Shown one piece after another: positions 1 through 11,063 of a DNA stretch of 64,000 nt. Source of the stretch: Nitrospirota bacterium (GTDB lineage: Bacteria; Nitrospirota; UBA9217). The notes under the pieces were generated by a model. That model made no database searches, was not told the DNA's origin, and saw only the letters and a list, made by a program, of their open reading frames with translations. The stretch is taken from positions 160,001 through 224,000 of the forward strand of contig CAVUHW010000026.1 in the NCBI GenBank assembly GCA_963741205.1, written 5' to 3'. Position 1 is the stretch's first letter. Every line of letters begins with the position of its first letter. The position numbers were made by a program, and so were the translations under genes.

Positions 1-1647
1 GCGCTGCCGGAGCACCGCGGCGTGGCTTACGCCGGAATCGAACCACACGTCGAGGATGTCCATCTCTTTTTCGAGGTTCTTGCCGCCGCACTTCCCGCAG
101 GCCGCGCCGGAGGGGAGCAGTTCCTGCGGCGTCCTTACGAACCAGGCATCGGCCCCTTCCTGCTCGACGATCTGCGCGACATGGTTTACGACATTCTGGT
201 CCAGCAGGAGCTCGCCGCAGTCCTTGCACGTAAAGGCGATGATCGGAACCCCCCAGGCCCTCTGGCGCGAGATGCACCAGTCCGGCCGGTTTTCCATCAT
301 GCCGAGAATGCGGTCCTTGCCCCAGGCGGGCACCCAGGAGACCTTGTGGATGTTCTCAAGGGTCTTCTTGTGGAGGTCGTTCGTCTTCATCGAGATGAAC
401 CACTGCTCGGTCGCCCTGAAAATCACGGGATTCTTGCAGCGCCAGCAGTGCGGATAGGAGTGTGCGATCTTCTCCTCGGCCAAAAGAGCGCTCCTGCTTT
501 TGAGCAGCTCGATGATGCCCTTGTTCGCCTTGAACACCTGCTGGCCGGCGAACTCGCCCGCCTCTTTCGTAAAGCGCCCCTTGTGGTCCACCGGCGCATA
601 GATATCGAGGCCGTAGCGGAGACCGGCCTCATAGTCCTCCTGGCCGTGGCCGGGCGCGGTGTGCACGGCGCCGGTGCCGGCCTCAAGGGTCACGTGGTCG
701 CCCAGGATGACGAGGGAGTCGCGGTCGATGAAGGGGTGGCGCGCCTTGAGGCCTTCGAGCCTCCTGCCCTTGAATTTATCGAGGACCCTGTAGTTGGCGA
801 TGCCGAATTTTTCCATCGACTGTTTCAAAAGCCCTTCGGCAAGGATGAGCGCCGAACCTGCCTGATCTCGACCGCGACATAGTCGAACTCGGGGTGCAGC
901 GCAACGGCCAGGTTCGCGACGAGCGTCCAGGGCGTCGTAGTCCAGATAGCGATCGACGTTGTTTTCCCGTTCAGGGACGGAATGGCCTTGCCGGCATCGG
1001 GCAGTTCGAACCGCACGTACACGGAAGGGGACTCGTGATCGGCGTACTCCACCTCGGCTTCGGCCAGGGCCGTTTCGTCGAACCCGCACCAGTACACGGG
1101 TTTCTTGCCCTTGTACACGCCGCCGGCGGCCACGAACTTTCCCGAGCTCGCGCACGATGGCGGCCTCATAGCCGTAGTCCATCGTACGGTAGGGGTTGTC
1201 CCAGTCCCCGAAAACGCCGAGCCGCTTGAATTCCTCGCGCTGGATATCGATGAATTTTTCCGCGTACTCGCGGCAGAGCCTGCGGATCTCGATCTGGCTC
1301 ATGCCTTCTTTCTTCGGCCCCAGGCCCTTCAGGACCTGGTGCTCGATCGGAAGGCCGTGGCAGTCCCAGCCCGGTACGTAGGGGCTCCGGAACCCTTCCA
1401 TTGTCTTGAACTTGACGATGATGTCCTTCAGGATCTTGTTCAGGGCATGGCCGATGTGGATATGGCCGTTCGCGTAGGGCGGCCCGTCATGCAGGATATA
1501 GGTCCCGCGTTCCGGGGCACCCTCCTGGAGCCGATCATGGATTTTTTCCTGCCGCCATTTCTCGATGACCCGCGGTTCGAGGTCCCGGAGATTGGCCTTC
1601 ATGGGGAAATCGGTCTTCGGCAAATTCAGTGTTGTTTTATAGTCCAT
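1..1647 (-). CDS. ileS: Isoleucyl-tRNA synthetase, 5' part (runs off window start; apparent indel frameshifts)
   Basis: Minus strand from ATG 1647 reads [20 protein letters not shown]. Later fragments read KKPVYWC...[11 protein letters not shown]...[12 protein letters not shown] and [11 protein letters not shown], typical IleRS motifs. Confidence 0.95.
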   Translation of the reverse strand, partial: MDYKTTLNLPKTDFPMKANLRDLEPRVIEKWRQEKIHDRLQEGAPERGTYILHDGPPYANGHIHIGHALNKILKDIIVKFKTMEGFRSPYVPGWDCHGLPIEHQVLKGLGPKKEGMSQIEIRRLCREYAEKFIDIQREEFKRLGVFGDWDNPYRTMDYGYEAAIVRELGKVRGRRRRVQGQETRVLVRVRRNGPGRSRGGVRRSRVPFRVRAVRTARCRQGHSVPERENNVDRYLDYDALDARREPGRCAAPRVRLCRGRDQAGSALILAEGLLKQSMEKFGIANYRVLDKFKGRRLEGLKARHPFIDRDSLVILGDHVTLEAGTGAVHTAPGHGQEDYEAGLRYGLDIYAPVDHKGRFTKEAGEFAGQQVFKANKGIIELLKSRSALLAEEKIAHSYPHCWRCKNPVIFRATEQWFISMKTNDLHKKTLENIHKVSWVPAWGKDRILGMMENRPDWCISRQRAWGVPIIAFTCKDCGELLLDQNVVNHVAQIVEQEGADAWFVRTPQELLPSGAACGKCGGKNLEKEMDILDVWFDSGVSHAAVLRQR

Positions 1648-1708
1648 GCAGAGTACATCCCCCATTCCGCGTTCGAGCAGTACAATGAGAATCTAATAAA
1701 ACAAAGAG

Positions 1709-1787
1709 GCTGGATTCCCGATAGAATCATTCGGCATGACCGCTCTTACGATTTATTCCGCATTCGGCATTCCGAAATCCGCAATTC
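1709..1787. repeat. Intergenic composite repeat: CTGGATTCCCGA...TCGGCATGAC half plus ATTCCGC heptamer run
   Basis: Same architecture recurs at 5142-5229 (CTGGATCCCCGA...TCGGGGATGAC...ATTCCGCATTCGGCATTCCGAA). Confidence 0.7.
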
Positions 1788-1796
1788 TTGATTCAC

Positions 1797-4274
1797 CTAG
1801 TCCGTTATTTCCTCGGGATTGAACTTCTTGGGCGGGGCTTCTACGGCGTCGCCCTGGTCGAGCAGATAGAATTGCCCCGTGTTCCGGCGCTCCTTGTCCG
1901 CGTACTGCACAGGCTCCGTTCCGCGACGAAATACATCGTTGATGGCGTCCGCCTGCCCTTCCCGCGCCAGGAGCCCCGTCTCGGGATCGATCTTCACGGT
2001 CACCACGTCGTCGGGCGGCGTGAAGTCCTCGGCGGGTTTGTCCGCCATGGCCCTCGCCATGACCGATATCCAGATCGGGAGCGCGGCCCGGGCCCCTGTT
2101 TCCTTGTTTCCGAGCGACGCCTTGGGATTGTCATAGCCGACCCATACGCCGGTCACGATGCCCGGCGTGAAGCCCACGAACCAGGCGTCCACGTAATTGT
2201 TCGTCGTGCCGGTCTTGCCCGCAACCGGCTTCCCGAGCACCTTGGCGCCCCTTCCCGTGCCTTCCTCCACCACGCTCTTGAGCAGGCTGTCGACGAGGTA
2301 GGCCGTGATCGGGTTGATGGACTCCGTGGGCTGGGGTTCGTAGGACTCAAGCACCTCGCCCTTGCTGTCGATGATGCTCGTGATCAGGATCGGTTCGGTG
2401 CGCACGCCCTGCGAAGCGAAGGTCGCGTAGGCGGAGGTAAGCTCCAGCGGCGTGACCGCCGAGGAACCGAGGGCCGTCGTGTAGTCGTAGCTGATATGGC
2501 TCGTGATGCCGGCCTTGCGGGCGAAATCGATCGCCTTGTCCAGGCCGATCTTCTCGAGGAGCCCCACGGTGACCGCGTTGCGCGAGAGCGCCAGCGCGGT
2601 CCTCAGGCGCATGGGGCCCAGGAACCGTTCGTCGTAGTTCTCCGGCTTCCAACCCTTCTTGTCGTACTCGCTCTTCTCGTGGATCACCGGCAGGTCCATC
2701 AGGATCGAAGCGGGCGTAAACCCGTTTTCGAGCGCCGCGCCGTACACAAAGGGCTTAAACGACGATCCGGGCTGGCGCTTGGCCTCCGTCGCATGGTTGA
2801 ACCCGCCCTCCACGAAATCGTAGCCGCCCACGAGGGCGCGAATGTAGCCCGTATAAGGCTCAATGGACACCACGGCGCCCTCCACAAGAGGGGTCTGGTC
2901 CAGGGCAAAGGAAGCAAGCCGCTTCTTCCTGTCGAAATCCTTGAACCGGACTTTGATGATATCGCCGGGCTTCACGATATCCTGCGGTTTCCTGAACTCT
3001 TCGCCGTTGTCCTTCTTTTTATGATTGATCAGCGCCCAGGCCATGTCGTCGTGAGTGATGGTACCGACGAGGCCGCGTCCCCTGACCGTGATGGAAGTGT
3101 CGCCGACGTCAAGCACCTGTGCGTTAAATCCCTCGCCGGGCTTTACCATCACGTGGAGAGAACTGACCAGCGCCTGGTCCCCTTTCAATTGTTTGAAACC
3201 CACGCGGCCCCGGAAACCCTGCCGCTTGTCAAGGGCGCGAAGCCCTTCCCTGAGCGCCGCGACCGCGGTACGCTGGAGCTCGAGATCGATGGACGTAGAG
3301 ACCTTGAGCCCTCCCTGATACAGTTTGTCGGGCCCGTATTTTTTCTCCACGTACTTGCGGACATAGTCGACGATATGCGGCGCGAAGTCCTCCTGAGAGC
3401 CGCAGGTTCTCGAGGTTCAGGGACTGGTTGTAGAACTGGGTTGCCTGGGCCTCGGTGATATATCCTTCCTCCGCCATTCTCCGGAGGACATGCAACTGCC
3501 TCAGTTTGGTGAGATCGATATCGCCGTAGGGCGAGTAAGCCTGAAGGCGACTGGGGCAGCCCGGCGAGAAGGGCCGACTCGGCCTGGTTGACCTCCCAGA
3601 TGTTCTTGCCGAAATAGGTCTTGGCGGCCATCTGAACGCCGTAGGCGCCGTGTCCGAAGTAGACCCTGTTCAGGTAGAGCTCGAGGATTTCATCTTTCGT
3701 GAGCTCCTTCTCGATCCGGCGCGCGAGAATAATTTCCTTGATCTTCCGCGACAATTTCCTCTCCGGGGAAAGGAACACCACCTTGGTCAACTGCTGGGTG
3801 ATGGTGCTGCCGCCCTGCTTCAGCCTCACGGAAATGATGTCCTTCATAGGCCGCGCGCATGATGCCCCGGTAATCGATGCCCTTGTGCTGGTAAAAACGG
3901 GGGTCCTCGGTGGCCAACAGCGCGTTGATCATATGTTTCGGGATCCGCTGGATCGGCACATAGATGCCCTTTTCGATCCTGATCTGCCCCAGCACGCGCC
4001 CGTCTTCCGCCAGAATCGTCGTGCCCGCGCTCGGCTTGTAATCCTTGAGCGATTCTATCGTCGGCAGGTCGAAGGACAGGACGTAGAACATCAGCGCGAG
4101 GATGAGTGCCCCGGCTACAAGGAGAATGACGAGGATCGCAAGCGCCTTCTTTGGCGTCAGGCCCTTAAGCCCGGGCACGGCGACATTAAACCAGAAGACC
4201 TTGAACTTCTCCCAGGCGAAGAGGAAAATCTTTTTGAACGCCTCGAGAAACTTTTGAAACAGGTTTTTCAGCAT
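1797..4274 (-). CDS. mrcA: Penicillin-binding protein 1A (transglycosylase-transpeptidase), in 4 frameshifted ORF pieces
   Basis: N-terminal TM helix; transglycosylase motifs [35 protein letters not shown]; transpeptidase motifs [15 protein letters not shown]. Confidence 0.93.
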
Positions 4275-4442
4275 GCGGAATCAGCAACCTCGTGATAATT
4301 CATATAATTTGAGCAGCATCGAAAATAATAACATCAAGGGGGGATAAAATCAAACGAAAAGTTGGTTGAAGGGAAGAAATGGCGCTGAAATGAACCTCCC
4401 CGCTGCAAAGCTAAGGAGGTGAAATTCTAAACCTGCATCGTC

Positions 4443-5054
4443 TCATATTTTCCTGATCACCCCGACCGCCTTGCCGACGATCCGGAACTCGCCGCGTTCG
4501 ACGAAGAGGGGCTTCATCGTGCTGTTCTCCGGTTGCAGGCGGACGCGGTTCTTCTCAAGAAAGAAGCGCTTGACCGTGGCCTCGCCGTCCGTCTGCGCGA
4601 CGACGATATCGCCGTTCTGCGCCGTTGACTGCGCGCGGACCAGCAGCGTATCCCCGTCCATGATATGGGCGTTCACCATGCTCTCGCCTTTGACCTTCAG
4701 GGCAAAGAGGTTGTTGCCGCTCCGGAGCGAAAAGAGCGAAAGGTCGACCATGACCTCTCCTTCCCGGTTCTCCGGCGACAAGACCGGCATCCCCGCCGCG
4801 ACCCTGCCCAGGAGGGGGATCGCGGACGCCGGTCGATTTCCCGTCGGGAGCGAGATACCGCGCGACTTTCCCCGCTCCCGGGCAATGAGCCCAAGCGCTT
4901 CGAGCGCAGCAAGGTGCCTTTCCACGCCGTTCGTCGAGCGGATCCCGGATTTTACTCCGATCTCGCGCATGGAGGGAGGTATCCCGCGCGTGGCGATTGT
5001 CGAACGAATGAAATCATATATCTGTTGCTGACGTTCAGTGATTTTGTTTTTCAT
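4443..5054 (-). CDS. lexA: LexA transcriptional repressor
   Basis: N-terminal HTH (PPSMREIG...STNGVERHL), VAAG cleavage site, catalytic GESM and ATVKR; GGAGG RBS before ATG 5054. Confidence 0.95.
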   Translation of the reverse strand: MKNKITERQQQIYDFIRSTIATRGIPPSMREIGVKSGIRSTNGVERHLAALEALGLIARERGKSRGISLPTGNRPASAIPLLGRVAAGMPVLSPENREGEVMVDLSLFSLRSGNNLFALKVKGESMVNAHIMDGDTLLVRAQSTAQNGDIVVAQTDGEATVKRFFLEKNRVRLQPENSTMKPLFVERGEFRIVGKAVGVIRKI

Positions 5055-5141
5055 GTAAAAGACCTCCGTAAGACTTGAATGAACTTGCGAGTCAGTTGTA
5101 ACCACAGATGAACACGGATAAAACAGATAAGGACGAACTCA

Positions 5142-5229
5142 CTGGATCCCCGATTGAAGCATTCGGGGATGACAGAATTATTTCATTCCGCATTCGGCAT
5201 TCCGAATTTAAATCATTCCGCAATCCGCT
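5142..5229. repeat. Second copy of the composite intergenic repeat
   Basis: Shares ATTCCGCATTCGGCATTCCGAA and the CTGGAT..CCGA..TCGG.ATGAC hairpin with 1709-1787. Confidence 0.7.
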
Positions 5230-5234
5230 GAATT

Positions 5235-6453
5235 CTAATACTGCCTGTCCCCCTCCGGCCTCCACGCCGGGGAGATGACCCGTTCATGCCGGTACCGCTC
5301 GGCGAGCGTGCCCCACGTCACCGTGAAATCGCCATACCGGTCGTTGATATCGTCCATGGCCTCGGCGATGAACTTCCTTTTCCGCTCATCGTCGAAGAGA
5401 GGCATCTGCGACGCATGCCTTTCGAGGCCCGAGACGCTTACGCCCACGAGCCGGACCGGCAAGGCCAGCCGGAGTCCCCTCAGGAGTTCCCGGATGGACG
5501 AAAAGATATCAAGGCCGTGGTTCACGGCGTGGTCCAGCCTCTTTTGCCTGCTGAAGGTATGAAAATCGGAGTAGCGGAGCGTGAGGCTCACCGTATGCCC
5601 GTGGTATGAGCCCCGCCGGAGCCTGCGACCCACCTTCTCCGAGAGTTGAAGGATATGGCGCTCGATCATCGGGATGTCCGAACAGTCCTCATCGAGCGTC
5701 ATGCTGTGGCCCATGGATTTGCTCTCTTCCTCCTGCTGCTCGATCAGTGAAACAACGGGATCATCGTCGATCCCCAGCCCCATGTCCCGAAGCCGCTCTC
5801 CGGCGAGCCCGAACCGCGCCGTGAGCTTCGAGAGCGGCGCGCGGCCGAGTTCGCCGCACGTTCTGATGCCCATGGCCGCGAGGCTCTGCGTCAGGCTGGG
5901 CCCGATGCCGCAGAGTCTCCTTCACCGGAAGGTCTTCGAGCACTTCATGCACGTCCTCCGGAGAGATGAGCACGAGGCCGTCCGGTTTCTGCATATCGCT
6001 CCCAAGCTTGGCCAGCAGCTTGTTCGGCCCGATGCCGATGGAGCAGGTGAGCCCCTTCTCCTGCCAGATCCGTTCCTTGATCCGGATCGCGATCTGAACC
6101 GGGTCTCCGAGCAGGCGTTCGCAGCCCGTCACGTCCAGAAAGGCCTCGTCGATGGAGAAGAGCTCGACAAGGGGCGTAAAATCCTTCCAGATCTCGATAA
6201 GTTCCTTGCAGGCCTGAGAATATTTCGCCGGATCGGCCGCGGCAAAAACAAGTCCCGGACAGGCGGTCTTCGCCTCGCCGTAGGTCATGCCGGTCCTGAC
6301 GCCGAAGGCCCGGGCCTCGTAGGACGGAGAGAGGACGACCCCCCGGTGCTCCGAGCCGATCACGGCCATGGCCTTGCCCCGGAGCGCCGGGTTGGCCCGC
6401 TGTTCGACGGAGGCGAAGAAGGCGTTCATGTCGATATGAAGAATCGTTCTCAT
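5235..6453 (-). CDS. dinB: Y-family DNA polymerase IV (frameshift near 5900)
   Basis: ILHIDMNAFFASVEQ, SYEARAFGV, SIDEAFLD, NKLLAKLGSDMQKPDG; C-terminal little-finger domain ending VRLVGV. Confidence 0.95.
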
Positions 6454-6460
6454 GGACGAT

Positions 6461-6489
6461 AGTATAGTGAACATTTGTTCACTTGTCAA
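6461..6489 (-). promoter_or_regulatory. sigma70 promoter of dinB-lexA with a palindromic LexA-box candidate in the spacer
   Basis: Minus strand reads TTGACA-agtgaacaaatgttcac (17 bp)-TATACT-7 nt-ATG. Palindrome AGTGAACA-N2-TGTTCACT at 6466-6483. Confidence 0.85.
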
Positions 6490-6511
6490 GGGGCTTCGAA
6501 CCGTAATTCCC

Positions 6512-6929
6512 CTACTTGTCCAAGCCCTTGCCCTTCAAATACTCGCCGAATTTCATGTCCAGCCTCATAATATGGGCGACGATCCAGTCTACGACCACCT
6601 GGTTCGTCGTGGCGGAAAGATTGTAGGAGCTGCCCCGGATGCGCGGCAGGGAAGCCTGTTTCTTGAGTTCGGCGAGCGCTGCCAGGTATTTCTTGTGGTC
6701 CTCGTGCTGCGCTTCAAGACCCGCGTAATGCGTCTCCGGCCATGTGTTTTTCCTCCTCGGAAAAATGGACCCGGGCGTAATCGTCGAGGAACTTGATCGT
6801 CCCGTCGATTTCCGTTTTGCAGCGCCGCTCTTTGATCGCGGTGACAAGGTTGTTGATCCGTCTGAAAAGCTCTTTGTGCTGGCTGTCGATCGTACTGATG
6901 CCGGTCGCCAGCTTTTCCGTCCACTCCAC
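6512..6929 (-). CDS. Bacteriohemerythrin (one frameshift)
   Basis: MEW...TGISTIDSQHKELF, HFSEEEKHM, QHEDHKKY, WIVAHIMRLD iron-ligand pattern. Confidence 0.9.
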
Positions 6930-6962
6930 GATGGGCCTCCTTGACAGAAAAAGTGATACGGG

Positions 6963-6991
6963 ATATTAGCTGGCGGCACAATGGATGTCAA
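6963..6991 (-). promoter_or_regulatory. sigma70 promoter for the hemerythrin gene
   Basis: Minus strand TTGACA-17 bp-TAATAT, followed by an AGGAGG RBS. Confidence 0.6.
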
Positions 6992-7078
6992 GAGATGGTG
7001 CGTTGCGGTCCCGATCCGCCTCTCAAAACGGCGACGCGTCGGACGCCGGACCCGGTGGCTGCCATGCCGGACAACCAT

Positions 7079-7107
7079 TTGACACCGGTACGCAAAAGGG
7101 TTAAGTT
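7079..7107 (+). promoter_or_regulatory. sigma70 promoter, probably leaderless
   Basis: TTGACA-17 bp-TAAGTT-6 nt-ATG(7114); no SD sequence. Confidence 0.55.
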
Positions 7108-7113
7108 TGTTTT

Positions 7114-7905
7114 ATGAAAACCGCAGTCGAAATCTACAAACTTTTGCCCAAGACCAACTGCGGCAAGTGCGGGCTGTCGAGCTGCATGGGCTTTGCCGCG
7201 AAGCTGGCCTCCCGCCAGGCGAAAGCGGACGACTGCCCGGCCATGACGGAGCCGGCCCGCGAAGGTCCTGCGTGAGGACGATGCGGGGCTTCGGCAATCG
7301 CCGGGGACCGTCTACGAGCAGGCGCTCAAGTCCCTGCGGCCCAAGATTCGAAACCCTCGACTTCCCGAAAACGGCGCGACTGTTCGGAGCGACCCTTGCC
7401 GGTCCGGACTGCCTTGAGCTCATGTTCCTGAACGAAACCTATACGGTCACGAAAGAAAGGATACTGGACTCGGCGTGTAAAGAACCGCGGCCCTGGGTCT
7501 CCATCCTGATCTACAACCACCTCTGCATGCCCGATCCGCCTCCCCCAGCCGAAGAATGGATAACCTTCGGTTCAGTGCCGGCGTCCCACGCGAAGGACAA
7601 GGCGTGGGTCGGCCACGTGGAAGAGGTGATCGCGAAGCACTTTGCCGGCAATACGGCCGGCCTCAAGGCCGCCTGCGAGAGGTTCGGCGGAGTAAAGGCA
7701 GAAGTACGGGGCAATCACGACGCGGCCTATGAATTCCGCTTCTTTCCCCATTACCCCGTGCTGCTGCTGTTTTACGACGCGGTAGCCGATGAGAACTTTC
7801 CGGCCCAGTGCAAACTGCTGCTGGACAAGACCGCTCCGCGCTATCTGGACATCGAATCGATCGTGGTATTGGGGGAGGAGTTCGCGGGAAGATTGACGGG
7901 TGCAG
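7114..7905 (+). CDS. Fe-S-binding domain plus DUF3786 family protein (frameshift near 7270; 3' end uncertain)
   Basis: From ATG 7114 reads MKTAVEIYKLLPKTNCGKCGLSSCMGFA...CP, the CxxCxxxxC...CP Fe-S motif. C-terminal FPHYPVLLLFYD.DENFPAQCKLLLD..YLDIE is DUF3786-like. Confidence 0.8.
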
Positions 7906-7979
7906 CGATTCAAATCACGGATATCATTGCACTGCGCAATGCACTCCATCGCTTGCTGCTTGCATCGGAATCGGCTCAT

Positions 7980-8742
7980 TCACAAGCGGATCCAGTTTTC
8001 ATTGACGCGTATACGCATCAGAAATTCCACGTTCCCGTCCTGGCCCGTAATCGGCGATGGGATGACGCCCTTCACCTCGAACCCCTGATCCCGGACGAAC
8101 CCGACGATCCTTTCGACCGCCGCGGTTCTCGTCGCGTCGTCGCGCACGACCCCGCCCTTGCCCACCTGGCCCCTTCCCGCCTCGAACTGGGGCTTGATGA
8201 GCGCGACAAGCTCCGAACTTTTTTTCAGGAATTTCAGGACGGCGGGGATCACCTTCTCGAGGGAAATGAATGAGACATCGATGACCGCGACGTCAACGAG
8301 TTCGGGGACGAGCGACGGCCCCATCTCGCGGATGTTCGTCCGCTCAATGACAACGACGCGTGGGTCCTGCCTGAGCTTCCACGCCATCTGGCCATACCCT
8401 ACATCAACGGCGTAGACTTTATGAGCTCCTTGTTGGAGCAGGCAGTCCGTAAAGCCGCCCGTGGACGCGCCTATGTCGAGCGCGGTCTTGCCTTCTACGG
8501 ATACGTGAAATTCCTGCAAGGCCTTCTCAAGTTTCAGCCCTCCGCGCCCCACATAGCGGAGCGCCTCGCCGGTTATGCGGATCTCAGCGTCATCCGGCAC
8601 GGACATCCCCGCCTTGTCCTTCCTCTGTCCGTTCACAAGCACCTGGCCGGCGGCGATGATCGCCTGCGCCTTTTCACGGCTCTCCGCCAGACCGCGTTCG
8701 ACAAGGAGGAGGTCCAGGCGGAGCTTTTCTTTTTTGGTTCAT
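7980..8742 (-). CDS. tlyA: TlyA family rRNA (cytidine-2'-O)-methyltransferase
   Basis: RLDLLLVERGL, YVGRGGLKL, LDIGASTGGFTD, DVSFISL, LIKPQFE, SPITGQDGNVEF. Confidence 0.95.
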
Positions 8743-8763
8743 GAATTTTATCCGTAAGGCTGT

Positions 8764-8905
8764 TGGACGCGGATAAACGCAGATTTTCGCTGATAAAGAC
8801 CAGACAGTCAGGTGGAAACTCAAAGGCAATTTTTTATCAACAACAGCAATTCATTTTGTTTTTTTCAGCCTTCATCCGCCTTTATCCGATTTAATCTGCG
8901 TCCAA
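8764..8905. repeat. Imperfect inverted-repeat element (TTGGACGCGGAT...ATCTGCGTCCAA)
   Basis: Terminal arms are reverse complements with one mismatch. A related left arm (ACCACAGATGAACACGGAT) lies at about 5101. Confidence 0.6.
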
Positions 8906-10436
8906 TTGCTTTTTCCGATATTTTTTTTGGGTTTATCGGTCTTTCCCGGTTGAGGGGCAGGGTAAAGGAGAACGTGCTCCCCTTGCCGTAACAGCTCTCC
9001 GCCCGGATGGTGCCGCCGTGGAACTCGACGATCTCCCGGGCGATGGCGAGACCGAGGCCGGTCCCCTCCTCGGCGCTGGTCAGGTGATCGCCGGACCGTT
9101 GAAACTTGTCGAATATGATCTTGAGGTCCTCTTCCGGAATGCCTTTCCCCGTATCGGTTACGGATACCGTGATCCTCGGCTGATCGGCCTCGCGGCGGGC
9201 GGAGACCTGAACGCTGCCGCCCGGCGGTGTGAACTTGACGGCATTCGAAAGGATGTTCATAACGACCTGGACCAGGCGGTCACGGTCGCCCCGGACCGGC
9301 GGGAGATCCGGGGTGATCTCGGTCACCACGTGCAGGGTTTTGTTCTGGGCAAGCGGCATGATGCCCGCAAGCGAGTCCCGGATGATATCGTCAAGGGAAA
9401 TGTCGGTGATACGCCAGGCGATGGTCCCGGACTCGATCATGGAGAGATCGAGGAGGTCTTTGATGAGCCGGGCGAGGCGGTCGCTCTCGGCGTTGATGAT
9501 GTTCAGGATCTTGTCTTTTTTCTCGGGAGTAAGGTTCGGCTTCGCGAGCAGCAATTCCACGTACGCCTTGATCGACGTCACGGGCGTGCGGAGCTCATGC
9601 GAAGCGACGGCTATGAAGTCCGATTTCAGTTTGTCGAGCTCTTTCAGCTTCCTGTTCGCTTCCCGCAGCTCTTCGGTAGAATATTCAAGGTCTGCGATCG
9701 TCCTTTCCAGATCGCGCCGGCGCGCCTCGAGCGCCCGGTCCCGGTCCTGGATCGTCGAAACCATGTCGTTGAACCCCCTGGCCAGTGCGCCCAGTTCGTC
9801 CTCACTGGACTCCGCGGCCCTCACGGAAAAATCCTTGTTCAAGGAGATGCCCTGCATCATCGATACGAGGTCCGCTACGGGGCGCGTGATGGACCGCTGC
9901 AGACGGGACACAAGAATAGAGACAGCCGCGAGCGCAATGGCGACCACGAGCACGGCGGCGGTCAGGTAACGCAGCAGAAGCTTATAAAAATTTTCCAGAT
10001 TCGAGCTGATCAGGACCGACCCGATCCGTTTATTGCGAAGGGTGATGCTCCGGGAGAGAACCAGGCGGTCGGCCTCGAACCGGTGTCCCTCTTCCCCCGG
10101 CTGAAGGGACTGTTGGTCAACATTCCCCGTACGGTCGAACCGGGCAAAGAGGGCGCCGCCGCGGGTGTACACTGCGGCATATTCGATGTCGGGGTCCGCT
10201 CGCAGCGAGGAAAGCGTTTCCGCCGCGTCCTTCCGGTCATTGAACAGCAGCGCTGCGGAGCACTGGTTCCCGATAATTTCGGCCTTGATCGTCAGGTCTG
10301 TGACCATGGACTTGCGGTAGAAGGCGAATTCGGCGGCAAACATGAGGCTGCCGGCCACCAGCATGGCGACCGCCGGGGTCAGGAGACCGATAAGGATTAG
10401 CTTCTGCTTCAGCGGACGGTTCAGGAAGCGCTCCAT
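8865..10436 (-). CDS. Membrane sensor histidine kinase (periplasmic CHASE8/YfiN-like sensor, HAMP, HisKA, HATPase)
   Basis: Two TM helices; AALLFND..AAETLSSL periplasmic motif; HAMP DELGALARGFNDM; H-box SHELRTP; NAVKFT, DTGKGI, GTGLGL. Confidence 0.9.
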   Translation of the reverse strand: MERFLNRPLKQKLILIGLLTPAVAMLVAGSLMFAAEFAFYRKSMVTDLTIKAEIIGNQCSAALLFNDRKDAAETLSSLRADPDIEYAAVYTRGGALFARFDRTGNVDQQSLQPGEEGHRFEADRLVLSRSITLRNKRIGSVLISSNLENFYKLLLRYLTAAVLVVAIALAAVSILVSRLQRSITRPVADLVSMMQGISLNKDFSVRAAESSEDELGALARGFNDMVSTIQDRDRALEARRRDLERTIADLEYSTEELREANRKLKELDKLKSDFIAVASHELRTPVTSIKAYVELLLAKPNLTPEKKDKILNIINAESDRLARLIKDLLDLSMIESGTIAWRITDISLDDIIRDSLAGIMPLAQNKTLHVVTEITPDLPPVRGDRDRLVQVVMNILSNAVKFTPPGGSVQVSARREADQPRITVSVTDTGKGIPEEDLKIIFDKFQRSGDHLTSAEEGTGLGLAIAREIVEFHGGTIRAESCYGKGSTFSFTLPLNRERPINPKKISEKAIGRRLNRIKADEG

Positions 10437-10437
10437 A

Positions 10438-11007
10438 TCATTCCCCTCCTGGCGCCGCGCCGTAGACCGACCCGGCAAGCTTCAGGAGTTTGGAGCTGAT
10501 CGTGAGGCCCGCCTGCCGCGCCGCCGCGGCGTTGATATCGAAGCGGACCTTGTTGTCCTGCAGATAGAAATTTATGATGACTCCCTGGCGGGCAAAACCG
10601 GCGGTGTCGCCGACGGTCAGGACGCTGGCACCCTCGAGGGCCTTCATGATTCTGGGAAGGTCGTGTTCCGCCTGGGAGCCGATAAAGAGGACGTGGCACG
10701 TCCCAAGGCTGTCGCCCTGCGTCACAGGGAAGGTCGCGATCTTCCGGCCCGCGGCAATCTGACCGCTCAGCTCGTTGAAGGCGTTCAGGACCGACGGATC
10801 GGCCATCACACACACCCGCAGGGTTTCGTCGCGCATCATCGGGGCGGGCCACTCCACGAAGGCGAGAAAATTGAGCAGAAATGCCGCTTTCATCTTATAC
10901 TCGCCCGGCTGCGGCTGGCCGGAGACCGGATTCGCGCCGGCCCTAAGAGCCGCGGTAAAAATAAGACAAAGCAGTAACAGTATGCGAAGGAATGGCTTCA
11001 TGAACAT
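10438..11007 (-). CDS. YfiR/HmsC family (DUF4154) periplasmic protein
   Basis: Signal peptide; EYKMKAAFLLNFLAFVEWP, CHVLFI, VRFDIN..AARQAGLTISSKLLKLA. Confidence 0.9.
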   Translation of the reverse strand: MFMKPFLRILLLLCLIFTAALRAGANPVSGQPQPGEYKMKAAFLLNFLAFVEWPAPMMRDETLRVCVMADPSVLNAFNELSGQIAAGRKIATFPVTQGDSLGTCHVLFIGSQAEHDLPRIMKALEGASVLTVGDTAGFARQGVIINFYLQDNKVRFDINAAAARQAGLTISSKLLKLAGSVYGAAPGGE

Positions 11008-11063
11008 GCTGAATGAACCTCGCTACAACGATCTGAGGGATTCTTAGTTGCAATATTTTTGTT

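Noticed and set aside
1788-3458. Long antisense ORFs (also 9018-10400, 12182-13552, 32059-33459, 53390-54847)
   Set aside because: Shadow ORFs opposite well-supported genes in GC-rich DNA; no recognisable motifs.
4395-4425. CCCCGCTGCAAAGCT as an IS200/IS605-type end
   Set aside because: Degenerate single copy with no transposase nearby.
7905-8273. C-terminal extension of the DUF3786 ORF
   Set aside because: Overlaps tlyA on the opposite strand by about 300 bp; probably read-through from an indel at the real stop.
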